Of a DNA stretch of 64,000 nt, positions 46,664 to 56,362 are shown in pieces. The notes below the pieces were generated by a model. It saw only the letters and a program-made list of their open reading frames with translations, was not told the DNA's origin and made no database searches. Source of the stretch: an uncultured Lachnospiraceae bacterium (GTDB taxonomy: Bacteria > Bacillota > Clostridia > Lachnospirales > Lachnospiraceae). The translations under genes were made by a program, and so were the position numbers. The DNA lies in the NCBI GenBank assembly GCA_946611535.1, contig CAMODT010000138.1, positions 2,866 to 66,865 on the forward strand, in the 5' to 3' direction. Every line of letters starts with the position of its first letter. Position 1 is the stretch's first letter.

Positions 46664-48583
46664 TCAGCCCTTTCCCTGCGGTTCGCACCTTCTCTTCCGC
46701 TCTCTCCTCGCAACCCCGTCCATGACCATCGTCACCTCCGGCTGCTCCGGCTCGACCGCGAGCGCCTTCGAGAACTGGGTCGTGTAGAGCTCGTGGTAGA
46801 CGCCGTCCGGGGTCTTCACCAGGTCCGCATGCTGGCCCCGCTCGACGATCGCCCCGTCCTTCACGACGAGGATCTCGTCCGCGGCGAGGATCGTCGAGAG
46901 CCTGTGCGCGATCAGGATGCTCGTCCGGTCCTTGATGAGCGGTTCGATCGCCTCCTGGATCTTCTGCTCGGAGATGGAGTCGAGCGCCGACGTCGCCTCG
47001 TCGAAAATGAGCAGCGCGGGATCCTTGAGCAGCACCCGCGCGATGGAGATGCGCTGCTTCTCGCCGCCCGAGAGCTTGAGCCCGCGGTTGCCGACCATCG
47101 TGTCCAGGCCCGCCTCCTGGTTCTCGACGAAATCGTAGATGTTGGCCTTTTTGAGCGCCTCGACCATCTCCTCCTCGGTGGCGTCCTCCTTCGCGTAGAG
47201 GAGATTTTCCCGGATCGTCCCGTTGAAGAGATAGGTCTCCTGGCTCACGATGCCGACCTGCTGCCTGAGCCAGGTGAGATCCAGCTTCCGGACGTCGATC
47301 CCGTCGAAGGAGACGCTCCCGCCCGTCACGTCGTAGAGACGCGGGATCAGGTTGATCATCGTGCTCTTGCCCGAGCCTGAAGGCCCGACGATTGCGATGC
47401 ATTTTCCGGCGTCGAGCGTGAAATTGACGTCCTTCAGGATCTGCCGCTCGCCGTCGTAGGAGAAATCGACATGCGAGAACTCGACCTCGCCCGAGGCGGA
47501 GGCCGGTGCGACCGCGTCCTTCGCGTTCACGATCTCGGAGGGCATGTCAAAATATTCAAAGATTCTTGTAAACAGCGCCATCGAGCGGATCCACTCGACC
47601 TGAATGTTGAGGAGGGAGTTGACGGGCATGTACATTCTCCCGAGGAGCGCGACGAGGACCGTGATGTCGCCGACTGTGAGGTCCGCGTCGTAGCGCATCA
47701 TCAGGATGCCGCCGACAAGATAGAGAAGCATCGGGCCGATGCTCGCGACCGTGGAAATGACGACCCGGAACCAGCGGCCCGCCATCTGCTCCTTGATGCT
47801 GAGTTCAATCATGCGGCGGTTTGCATTTTCATATTTGGCGTACTCGAGCTCCTCGCGCCCGAACAGCTTGACGAGCAGCTGGCCGCTGACCGACATGGTC
47901 TCATTCAGGATCCCGTTGATGTCGTCCGAGGCCGCCTGGGCTTCGCGGGTCAGGGTCCAGCGGGTCTTGCCCGCGCGCCGCGTCGGGATCGTGAAAAGCG
48001 GGATGATGACGACGCCGATCGTCGCCAGGATCCAGTTCCGCCGGTACATCGCGACCACCGCGATGATGAGCGTGGTCGAGTTGGAGAGGATGCTGGTCAT
48101 CGTGTTCGTGATGACCGAGCGGACCCCGTCGATGTCGCTCGTCATGCGGGTGATGATGTCGCCCTGGTTGCTCGAGGTGAAGAAGCGCTGGGACATTTCC
48201 TGCAGGTGCCGGTACATCGTGTTCCGCATGTCGTAGGTGATGTGCTGCGCGATCCAGGTGTTCATGTAGCTCTCAAGCACCCCGATGAGGTTCGCGCCGA
48301 GCGTGACCGCCAGCGAGAACACGATGAGGCGGACCAGCATCGGCAGGTTCCTCCCGATGAGGCCCTCGTCGACGATCCGCCCGGTCAGGATGGACGGATA
48401 GAGGTTTAAGAGCGAGGAAATGAAGATCGCCGCGAGCACCACGACCATCTGCTTCCAGTAAGGCGCGAGGTAGGAAAATACCCGAAGAAGCAGCTCCTTC
48501 GTCACCTTCGGCTGATTCTTCTTCTCCTCTTCCGTCAGGTACTGGCCCCCCATCGGGCCTCCCGGTCCTCTGTGACCCGCCAT
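46664..48583 (-). CDS. ABC exporter (fused permease/ATPase)
   Basis: Six TM segments; [34 protein letters not shown]. Confidence 0.92.
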   Translation of the reverse strand: MAGHRGPGGPMGGQYLTEEEKKNQPKVTKELLLRVFSYLAPYWKQMVVVLAAIFISSLLNLYPSILTGRIVDEGLIGRNLPMLVRLIVFSLAVTLGANLIGVLESYMNTWIAQHITYDMRNTMYRHLQEMSQRFFTSSNQGDIITRMTSDIDGVRSVITNTMTSILSNSTTLIIAVVAMYRRNWILATIGVVIIPLFTIPTRRAGKTRWTLTREAQAASDDINGILNETMSVSGQLLVKLFGREELEYAKYENANRRMIELSIKEQMAGRWFRVVISTVASIGPMLLYLVGGILMMRYDADLTVGDITVLVALLGRMYMPVNSLLNIQVEWIRSMALFTRIFEYFDMPSEIVNAKDAVAPASASGEVEFSHVDFSYDGERQILKDVNFTLDAGKCIAIVGPSGSGKSTMINLIPRLYDVTGGSVSFDGIDVRKLDLTWLRQQVGIVSQETYLFNGTIRENLLYAKEDATEEEMVEALKKANIYDFVENQEAGLDTMVGNRGLKLSGGEKQRISIARVLLKDPALLIFDEATSALDSISEQKIQEAIEPLIKDRTSILIAHRLSTILAADEILVVKDGAIVERGQHADLVKTPDGVYHELYTTQFSKALAVEPEQPEVTMVMDGVARRERKRRCEPQGKG

Positions 48584-48604
48584 ATTGACTCCTCTCCAGG
48601 GGCT

Positions 48605-49525
48605 CTACAGCCACTTCTTCTTGTGAAAATAATAGAAACTCACCACCACGATGAGAATACTCACGATGATCACGAGCGGATAGGCGAAGGGCGACTCGAG
48701 CTCCGGCATGTAGCGGAAGTTCATCCCGTACCAGCCGACGATCAGGGTCAGCGGCATGAAAATGACCGTCACGACCGTGAGCACCGTCATCGTGTTGTTC
48801 TGGTTCACCGCGATCTGCGACGCGTAAAGCTCGCGGACCTGCACGCTGTAGTCTCTCAGGTAGGTCGTGATGTCCTGCAGCCGGGCGACTCTCGCCGCGA
48901 ACATGTCGAAGTAGCGGAGGTTGTGTTCGGCGAAGAAGCTGTTTTCATTTTCATTAAATTCGATACCCAGGTCCCCGAGCTGCTCGTAGTGGATGCGCAG
49001 CCGCAGGAGCTCCCGGCGGATCTCGGTGATCCGGACCAGGCTCTCGTTGCCGGCCTTGCCCGCGAGGATCTTGTCCTCGATCGCCGCCAGCTCGTCCTCG
49101 AGATTGCCCAGGTAGGCCAGATCCCCGAACACGAGCCGGTTCAGGAAATCATAGAGGAACCGCTCATAGCTCGGGATCCGCCAGCGGCGGGTCAGCCGGA
49201 TGTCCTCCACGATCATCCCGGCGAGGCCGTCGTCGTCGATGAAGACGACGCCCTTCTCGTCGAGCGCGAAGGTGAACTCGTGGCTCAGCTCCGCGACGTC
49301 CTTCTTGTCCGGGATCGTGAAGCCGCCTGTCAGGGAGTCGTAGTTGACCTCTGCCTTGGTCGTGTGTATGCGGTCGTACTCAATGTCAAGGTCGATGCCC
49401 ATCTTGAAGGAGTCCTTCGTCGCGTTCCACTCTTCGGACGTCATGACCGCGACGAACTGCCGGTGGGACTTCATGCACTGCTCCAGGGTGGAGGGCTCCA
49501 GGGTGTCAGCTATTTTGTAGAACAT
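48605..49525 (-). CDS. corA: CorA family Mg2+ transporter
   Basis: C-terminal TM pair with F.PLT...GWYGMNF..MPEL. Confidence 0.9.
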   Translation of the reverse strand: MFYKIADTLEPSTLEQCMKSHRQFVAVMTSEEWNATKDSFKMGIDLDIEYDRIHTTKAEVNYDSLTGGFTIPDKKDVAELSHEFTFALDEKGVVFIDDDGLAGMIVEDIRLTRRWRIPSYERFLYDFLNRLVFGDLAYLGNLEDELAAIEDKILAGKAGNESLVRITEIRRELLRLRIHYEQLGDLGIEFNENENSFFAEHNLRYFDMFAARVARLQDITTYLRDYSVQVRELYASQIAVNQNNTMTVLTVVTVIFMPLTLIVGWYGMNFRYMPELESPFAYPLVIIVSILIVVVSFYYFHKKKWL

Positions 49526-51854
49526 TTCCGCCTCCGTCTGTCTTGTTATTGTGATGCATATGCCAGGCCGCAAATGCCGCCTGTCCGAGCGCGATCCCGC
49601 CGTCGTTCGGGGGGATCTGGCTGTGCAGGAGGACTCTGAAGCCCTCATTTCTCAGCTTCTCCGCGGTAAGGCGTGTGAGGAGCAGGTTCTGGAAGCAGCC
49701 GCCCGAGAGCGCCGCCGCAGCCACGCCGGTCTCCTCCCGGACCATCCGGGCCGCACTCACAGCCATCTCCGCCAGCCCCTCGTGGAAGCAGTAAGCCAGG
49801 TATCCGGTATCCTCCCCGGCCAGTTTTCCGCGGACGAGCCGCTCCATGAGCCTGTCGGTGGGGAGAACGATGCTGCCATTTTCTGAAAATGCAGCCATCT
49901 CAGAGACTTCCGCCTTCTCCGCCTGCTCCGCCCACCGTTCCGCGGCGAATTCCAGCGCCGTCGATGCCTCGCCCTCGAAGGTCGAGGCCCTCCGGATCCC
50001 GAGCATCGCGCTGGCCGCGTCAAAGAGGCGGCCGGCGCTGGTCGATGTGACCGTGTTAAGCCCCCGCTCCGCCATCATGAGGATCGTCCGCGCGGACGCG
50101 GGATCGGCGATCCCCAGCTTTTGGATTATGTCAACTGCTTCTTCCTGATAGAGCGCGCCCAGCATCGTCACCGCGACCCGCCAGCCCTCGCGGGCTGCCG
50201 CATCGCCGCCGGTCAGGGGAAACGGCTTGATATGCCCCTTCCGCTCAAAGCCCTCAAAGTCGGCGAGCAGGATCTCGCCGCCCCAGACCGTCCCGTCCGG
50301 CCCGTAGCCGGTGCCGTCGAAGGAGAGGCCTATGACAGGGTCTTTGTATTCATTTTCCGCCATGCAGGACAAGATATGCGCATAGTGGTGCTGGACCCGC
50401 ACGACCGGGAGGCCCAGGCTCTCCGCCGCCTCCGCCGAGTGGTAGCGCGGGTGCAGATCCGCCGCGCAGACCTCCGGTCTGGCCTCGAGAAGCCTGATAA
50501 AGCGGCCGACGGTCTCCGTGAGCGCCTCATATGTGCGCACGTCCTCCATGTCCCCGATGTAGGGCGAGGGATAGAAGATGCCGCCGCTGCCCACACAGAA
50601 CGTGTTTTTAAGCTCTCCGCCGATGCCGATGACGGGGGCGTCAAATTCACCCCCGAGAAGGAACGGAAGCGGCGCGTAGCCGCGTGAACGGCGGATCATA
50701 TAGGGTTTTCCTTCAAAGAGATCCGTCACGGAGTCGTCCGCCCGGATCCGGATCTTCCGGTTGTGGGAGAGGATCGCATCGGCGAGGTTCCCGAGTTCCT
50801 CCAGGGCCTCCGCGTCGTCGCGGCAGATCGGGGCTCCGGAGACATTTCCGCTCGTCATGATAAGGCTCTCCGGCATGGAAATGCCGTCGTCATAGCGAAA
50901 GAGCAGCAGATGGATCGGCGCGTAAGGAAGCATGACGCCGAGCTTCGGGTTGTCCGGGGCCGCTTCGCCGCACACGCGGCCGCCAGGGCGCTTTTTAAGG
51001 AGCACGATCGGCTTCTGGTGGCCGGTAAGGAGCTCCTCCGCCTCGGGCGGCACCGCGCACTCGCGCCGCACGGTCTCCATATCCCGCATCATGACCGCAA
51101 ACGGCTTCATCGGCCGCGTCTTGCGCTCCCTGAGGGTCCGCACGGCTTCGGTGTTCTCCGCGCTGCAGCAGAGGTGGAAGCCGCCGATGCCCTTGATCGC
51201 GACGATTTTCCCCGCCGCGATCATCCGCCGGGCAGTGCTGATCGCCTCGTGCCCGCGCGCATCTCCCCCCAGGAGATAATATTCCGGGCCGCAGTCCGGG
51301 CAGGCAACCGGCTGGGCGTCGAAGCGCCTCGACCGCCGGTTCCTGTACTCCGCCGCGCACGCCGGGCACATCGGAAATTCCTTCATGGAGGTCCGCTCCC
51401 GGTCGTAGGGCAGGCTCTCGAGGATCGTGAGCCTCGGCCCGCAGGAGGTGCAGTTGATGAAGGGGTGGAGGTAGCGGCGGTCATTTGGATCGAACATCTC
51501 CCGGATGCAGTCGCCGCAGACCGCGATATCCGGGGAAATGAAGACCTCCCCCTTCTCCTTCTCGCTCATAATGATCCGGAAGCGGTCAAAGGCGGGCGCG
51601 TCCTTCACGTCCTTCACGTCCATTTTAAGAACAGCCGCCCTTCGGGGCGGCCGCTGCCGCAGGGCGGTGAGAAATGCATCCACGCATTCCTCACCGCCCT
51701 GCGCAAATATTTCCACGTAAGAGCCCTTGTTCGCGACCGTGCCGCAGATCCCTGCCTCATGCGCGAGGCGGCTGGCCGTCGGCCGGAAGCCGACGCCCTG
51801 CACGATCCCGTACACGCGGATACGTTTGGTTGTGATGCCCGGATCCGCGTTCAT
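49506..51854 (-). CDS. hypF: Carbamoyltransferase HypF
   Basis: Acylphosphatase domain GIVQGVGFRP, two CxxC zinc fingers, KGIGGFHL, QHHYAH, GGCFQN, NDGGIALGQ. Confidence 0.93.
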   Translation of the reverse strand: MNADPGITTKRIRVYGIVQGVGFRPTASRLAHEAGICGTVANKGSYVEIFAQGGEECVDAFLTALRQRPPRRAAVLKMDVKDVKDAPAFDRFRIIMSEKEKGEVFISPDIAVCGDCIREMFDPNDRRYLHPFINCTSCGPRLTILESLPYDRERTSMKEFPMCPACAAEYRNRRSRRFDAQPVACPDCGPEYYLLGGDARGHEAISTARRMIAAGKIVAIKGIGGFHLCCSAENTEAVRTLRERKTRPMKPFAVMMRDMETVRRECAVPPEAEELLTGHQKPIVLLKKRPGGRVCGEAAPDNPKLGVMLPYAPIHLLLFRYDDGISMPESLIMTSGNVSGAPICRDDAEALEELGNLADAILSHNRKIRIRADDSVTDLFEGKPYMIRRSRGYAPLPFLLGGEFDAPVIGIGGELKNTFCVGSGGIFYPSPYIGDMEDVRTYEALTETVGRFIRLLEARPEVCAADLHPRYHSAEAAESLGLPVVRVQHHYAHILSCMAENEYKDPVIGLSFDGTGYGPDGTVWGGEILLADFEGFERKGHIKPFPLTGGDAAAREGWRVAVTMLGALYQEEAVDIIQKLGIADPASARTILMMAERGLNTVTSTSAGRLFDAASAMLGIRRASTFEGEASTALEFAAERWAEQAEKAEVSEMAAFSENGSIVLPTDRLMERLVRGKLAGEDTGYLAYCFHEGLAEMAVSAARMVREETGVAAAALSGGCFQNLLLTRLTAEKLRNEGFRVLLHSQIPPNDGGIALGQAAFAAWHMHHNNKTDGGGNVLQNS

Positions 51855-51889
51855 GCTCTCTCCGTTCCTTTCAAAATATGTATATTTCC

Positions 51890-52819
51890 TCAGATGCGCT
51901 TCTCGACCCACTCCGCGATCTCGTCGTAGACTTTGGCGCGGTCCGTCTCGTTCAGGATCTCATGGCGGTCCCCCTCGAAGAGGCGCATCGTGATATCCTT
52001 GATGCCGGCCCTCTCGTAGAGTTCCTTCATCTGCGTGGCGCCCTTGCCCATGCTGCCGACCGGGTCGTCGGAGCCCGATACAAAGAGCATCGGGAGGTCT
52101 TTCGGGACGTTTGCGATGCGCTTTTCATTTTCAGAATCGGCGACCGCCTCGAAGAGGCCCTGGTAGCCGTTGACCGTGAACATGAACTGGCAGCGCGGCT
52201 CCGCGTAGTATTTCCGCACGATCTCCGGATCCTTGGTGAGCCAGCTGTTCGTAAGGTCTTTCCCGGTCATGTCAAACTGCCTGTAGGCGTCGCCGAAGGC
52301 AAGTCCCTGGATAAACGCGCTGCGGTACCTGGGGCCGCGGAAGGCACCCTCGGTCTTCGAGAGCGCAAGTCCGAGCTTTGCGGAATTCACCGGCACATAT
52401 CCGGTGCCCATGATGATGGCGCCGGCAAGCCCCTGCCCGTACTTCGCGAGGTACTTGAGCGTCATGTAGGAACCCATGCTGTGGCCCAGAATAAAATACG
52501 GCTTCTCCGGATCCTCGTAGTGCCTGCGGACCGTCTGCATGTCCTCGATCACCGTATCGCTCGGATGCTCCGTGAAATAACCCCAGTCCTCCTCGGACCT
52601 CACGGACGCGCCGTGCCCCAGATGGTCGTGCCCGACCACGAGGAAGCCGCGCTCCGCCATATATCTCGCAAAATTGTCGTAGCGGTCGATAAACTCCACC
52701 ATCCCGTGGACGAGCTGCAGGACCGCCCTGTAGTTTCCGTCGGCGGGGATCCATTTTTTGCCCCGGATCGTTGTCACCTTGTCGTGCGATAAAAATGAAA
52801 AACCATACTTCTTTACCAT
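51890..52819 (-). CDS. Alpha/beta hydrolase (lysophospholipase-like)
   Basis: HGM.E...RY, GHDHLGHG.S, GHSMGS, RHEILNE. Confidence 0.88.
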   Translation of the reverse strand: MVKKYGFSFLSHDKVTTIRGKKWIPADGNYRAVLQLVHGMVEFIDRYDNFARYMAERGFLVVGHDHLGHGASVRSEEDWGYFTEHPSDTVIEDMQTVRRHYEDPEKPYFILGHSMGSYMTLKYLAKYGQGLAGAIIMGTGYVPVNSAKLGLALSKTEGAFRGPRYRSAFIQGLAFGDAYRQFDMTGKDLTNSWLTKDPEIVRKYYAEPRCQFMFTVNGYQGLFEAVADSENEKRIANVPKDLPMLFVSGSDDPVGSMGKGATQMKELYERAGIKDITMRLFEGDRHEILNETDRAKVYDEIAEWVEKRI

Positions 52820-52846
52820 GTTCTGCCTCCTGACCACCGCAGATCT

Positions 52847-53605
52847 TCAGATCTTATCCTGCATGGAATCTTCAAGCGCTTCGCAGATATTGTTAACGAC
52901 CTTCGTGACCTTCGCCTGCACCTCCGCGGGTGCGTACGGGAAGGTGTAGGAGACGTCCGCGGCCTCGAGGAGCGGCAGGTCGTTCAGGGAATCGCCGATC
53001 CCGTAGATCCGGCAGTCGCCGTAGTAGTCGCGGATGACCGAGACCGCCTCGCCCTTGGACGTTCCCTTCGGCGCGATGTCGACCTCGATGACGTTCTGGA
53101 ACGCGTTCAGGTACTCGCCGTACTTGTCGTTGATCTCCTTCGTGAGCGCGGCGGCCTCCTCAAGCGTCTCGCAGTGGATGCCGACGCCGTGGACAAGGCC
53201 CTCAGGCGCGTCGTCCATGCCGGTGATGACGTTGTACTCGCCCGGATAGTCCATCTCCTCGAAGACGTTGATCACGCCGTCGATATCGATGGAAATGCGG
53301 TTCCCGCGCGGCTTCACATCCTTCACGATCCTGTCGATCACGTCGCGGTCGACAAAGAGCTTGCGGATTCCCTTCAGATCCCGGTCGACGATGTTGGACC
53401 CGGTGCTCGTGATCATGAAATCCGGCACAAATTGGCCCGTGATGAACGGGGTGAGCCCGCCGACCTGCCGGCCGGTGCAGAGCCCGAAATAGTTGCCCGC
53501 TGCCTGGTACTCCTTGATTTTCTCAACCGATTCCGGAGGCAGCTTCACCTCCGCCTTATAGAAATACAGTGTTCCGTCGAAATCGCTGGCAAATACTTTT
53601 TTCAT
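52847..53605 (-). CDS. HAD-IIB (Cof-like) hydrolase
   Basis: SDFDGTL, CTGR, KG.AV, GDSLNDLPL. Confidence 0.88.
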   Translation of the reverse strand: MKKVFASDFDGTLYFYKAEVKLPPESVEKIKEYQAAGNYFGLCTGRQVGGLTPFITGQFVPDFMITSTGSNIVDRDLKGIRKLFVDRDVIDRIVKDVKPRGNRISIDIDGVINVFEEMDYPGEYNVITGMDDAPEGLVHGVGIHCETLEEAAALTKEINDKYGEYLNAFQNVIEVDIAPKGTSKGEAVSVIRDYYGDCRIYGIGDSLNDLPLLEAADVSYTFPYAPAEVQAKVTKVVNNICEALEDSMQDKI

Positions 53606-53740
53606 ATTGTGATCCTACCTTTCTTTTATTGTGAAAATCATACCATTATTTTCCCGAAAAAGGAACCTTTATATTGTATTTTCCCCAATTTTCGTTTACA
53701 TTTAAAGCAGAACATTTTTTTTAAAAAGGAGGCATCACCC

Positions 53741-55198
53741 ATGAAGCAGTGGACTCTTGAAGAACGCTACCGTGTGCTGATCAGCCCGGACGAAATCTCG
53801 GACCTCTATGACCGCATCCAGAAATCCGCTTACCGGCAGAACTATCATGTCCAGCCGATGACCGGCCTCTCCTCCGACCCGAACGGTTTCGCCTACTACG
53901 AAGGGCAGTGGCACCTCTACTATCAGTGGACGCCGTGGGGCGCCGTCCACGGCCTGAAATACTGGTATCACGCGATCAGCCCCGACCTCGTCTCCTGGGA
54001 CAACGCCGGCATCGGCATCGCGCCGGGCGATTTCTACGACAACAAGGGCTGCCACTCCGGCTCCGCCTTCGCGCTCGGCGACGATCTCTACTTCTTCTAC
54101 ACCGGCAACCACCGCGACGAGAACTGGATCCGCACGCCTTTTACCTGTGCAGCCAAAATGAACGCCGACGGCAGGCTTGAAAAGCTCGAAAAACCGCTCT
54201 TCGGCCCGCGCGACGACTACTCCGAGCACCAGCGCGACCCGAAGATCATCTATGTGCCTGAGAAGAAGAAATACTACATCTTCATCGGCGCGCAGACCCT
54301 GGACAAGAAGGGCACCGCCCTCATCTACGAGTCGGAAGAGCTCCTTACCGGCTGGCGCTTCGCCGGCCAGCTCCATGTCCCCGGCTACGAGGACTTCGGC
54401 GGCATGTGGGAGTGCCCCTGCATTGTGAGCATCAGCGGCAAGGATGTTCTCATTTTCTCCCCGCAGTACACGACGCTGCCCGGCCGCGGCAATTCGACCA
54501 ACCACAACGTCTACCTCATCGGGAAAATGGACTACGACACCCTCACCTTCACCCCGGAGAGCGATTATCAGTACCTTGATTTCGGCTTCGATTTCTATGC
54601 CGCCCAGTGCGCGGCCAATGTCACGGACCCGGACAAAGCGGTCCTCATCGCCTGGCTGGGCCTTCCGGACAACCACTATCCGACCGAGCCGGAAGAGTGG
54701 GAAGGCTCGATGTGCCTCCCGCGCGAGCTCCGCATCAGGGACGGAAAACTGATCCAGACCCCGGTCGCGGACATCGCAAAACTCGCCGACGGGGAGGCGC
54801 CCGCGGACGGCAGCCTGCCGAAAGCCTGCCATGTCGAGGCCGTTTTCGGAGAGGGCGACGCGGCTCTGGACCTCTTCACAAAATCGGACGGGACCGGCGG
54901 CTTCACGGTCCGCTATGACGCGGCCGAAAACAGACTGACCGTCGACCGCACCGGGATGGATATCCGCTTCAACGAGAAGGTCTTCGAGACCCTGGAAGTT
55001 CCGCTGGAGAACCCGCTTAAAAAGATCGACGCCTACATCGATTCGAGCTCGGTCGAGCTCTTCATCAACAACGGCGAGAAGACCTTCGCCTCCCGGATCT
55101 TCCCGACGGAGGCCGAGCACCACTTCACCGCCTCCGCGAACGCGTCGGTGAAGGTCACCTGCCTTAAGAGGTCGGTGACGGACAAGTTCATCGTCTGA
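53741..55198 (+). CDS. GH32 sucrose-6-phosphate hydrolase
   Basis: LSSDPNG, QRDPK, WECP motifs; SD AGGAGG. Confidence 0.9.
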   Translation: MKQWTLEERYRVLISPDEISDLYDRIQKSAYRQNYHVQPMTGLSSDPNGFAYYEGQWHLYYQWTPWGAVHGLKYWYHAISPDLVSWDNAGIGIAPGDFYDNKGCHSGSAFALGDDLYFFYTGNHRDENWIRTPFTCAAKMNADGRLEKLEKPLFGPRDDYSEHQRDPKIIYVPEKKKYYIFIGAQTLDKKGTALIYESEELLTGWRFAGQLHVPGYEDFGGMWECPCIVSISGKDVLIFSPQYTTLPGRGNSTNHNVYLIGKMDYDTLTFTPESDYQYLDFGFDFYAAQCAANVTDPDKAVLIAWLGLPDNHYPTEPEEWEGSMCLPRELRIRDGKLIQTPVADIAKLADGEAPADGSLPKACHVEAVFGEGDAALDLFTKSDGTGGFTVRYDAAENRLTVDRTGMDIRFNEKVFETLEVPLENPLKKIDAYIDSSSVELFINNGEKTFASRIFPTEAEHHFTASANASVKVTCLKRSVTDKFIV

Positions 55199-55288
55199 TA
55201 AAAGTTCAGCACCCCATAAGAAGGCATGATTTGAAGAGCGAAGCAGTCGCGCAGCGGCTGCGAATGGGGGGTGCTGAATAGCTGCATC

Positions 55289-55334
55289 AACGAAATGGGA
55301 CGTTTCTTTTTTCAAAGAAACGTCCCATTTCGTT
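55289..55334. terminator. Perfect 21-bp hairpin between convergent genes
   Basis: AACGAAATGGGACGTTTCTTT-TTTC-AAAGAAACGTCCCATTTCGTT. Confidence 0.75.
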
Positions 55335-55342
55335 AAAGCGAA

Positions 55343-56347
55343 TTAATATCCCTCTCTCTGCGCCTTCTTCCTCTGCCTCACCCGCTTCTCCGCGCCTTCC
55401 CAGCGCGCCTTCTCGGACTCGCTCTCCAGGATCAGGCCGTAGGGCACCGGCACCGGCCGCCCCTTCTCGTTGATGCAGACCTCCGTCAGGAAGGCCCGGT
55501 TGATGATCGTCCGCCTGCCGGTCGGCAGGTCCTCGAGCCAGGTGTCCACGCGGACCTCGATGGAGGACTTCCCGATGTGGGTGACCCTGGCGATCAGGAC
55601 GATCGTGTCATTTAAAAATGCCCCCTTCTTGAACTCCAGATGCTCGATCGACACCGTCGTCACGTTCATGCCCGCGTGCCGCATCGCCGCGACACCCGCG
55701 ATCTCGTCGATCATCTCGAGGAGCTTGCCGCCGAAAAGGCGGTTCTGCCCGTTGATATCCGGGTAGCGGAGAGCCCTTGTGAGCTCCGCGACCGATTCGC
55801 TCACCGTCTTGCAGCCGAGCCGCTCCACCGCGAATTTCGGGACCGGCGCGACCGCCTCAGTGAAATACGCGAACGTCGGATCCACCTCTCCGATGCTGAT
55901 GAGTGCGCTGACCTCTTCCGCGGTGTACCAGGTCGTCACATCGAACTCCTTCTTCGGAGCGGACGCGAGCTTCGGCTCGGCCTCGCACTCAAAGATCCAG
56001 ACGTCCCGCATCTCCTGAACGCAGCCGTGATCCGGGTCGTCGATAAAGACGGTCTTCACGACCTTGCCGGCATCCGCCGGGATGTTGATCCCGAGGCTCT
56101 CCTGCACCTTGCGGTAGGCGGTCAGGAAGCTCGACTCGGTCGAGAACGCGGTCCCGTGGATCGGCGCCAGATAGAGCGGACCCATGGTGTAGACGGAGGA
56201 TCGCCGGCCGAGGAGATATTTTCCCTCACTGTTACGGATCCAGACGTCCGCGGCGGCATGGTAGAGGCCTGCCGGGATGTCTTCATTTTCATCGATTACA
56301 AGGTCCGTGTCGCGCATTTCAGCATCGTACAAGCGCCATCTTTCCAT
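55343..56347 (-). CDS. Fusion of a degenerate NUDIX-like domain and a hotdog-fold acyl-CoA thioesterase
   Basis: N-terminal G.YH....VWI.NSEGKYL..RRS; C-terminal D.N...RLFGGKLL..IDE.AG, GKSSIEV.V. Confidence 0.75.
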   Translation of the reverse strand: MERWRLYDAEMRDTDLVIDENEDIPAGLYHAAADVWIRNSEGKYLLGRRSSVYTMGPLYLAPIHGTAFSTESSFLTAYRKVQESLGINIPADAGKVVKTVFIDDPDHGCVQEMRDVWIFECEAEPKLASAPKKEFDVTTWYTAEEVSALISIGEVDPTFAYFTEAVAPVPKFAVERLGCKTVSESVAELTRALRYPDINGQNRLFGGKLLEMIDEIAGVAAMRHAGMNVTTVSIEHLEFKKGAFLNDTIVLIARVTHIGKSSIEVRVDTWLEDLPTGRRTIINRAFLTEVCINEKGRPVPVPYGLILESESEKARWEGAEKRVRQRKKAQREGY

Positions 56348-56362
56348 GACTTCTCTCCCGTC

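Noticed and set aside
53860-53890. GH32 motif variant SSDPNG as an inactive enzyme
   Set aside because: The nucleophile Asp and the RDP and EC motifs are all retained.
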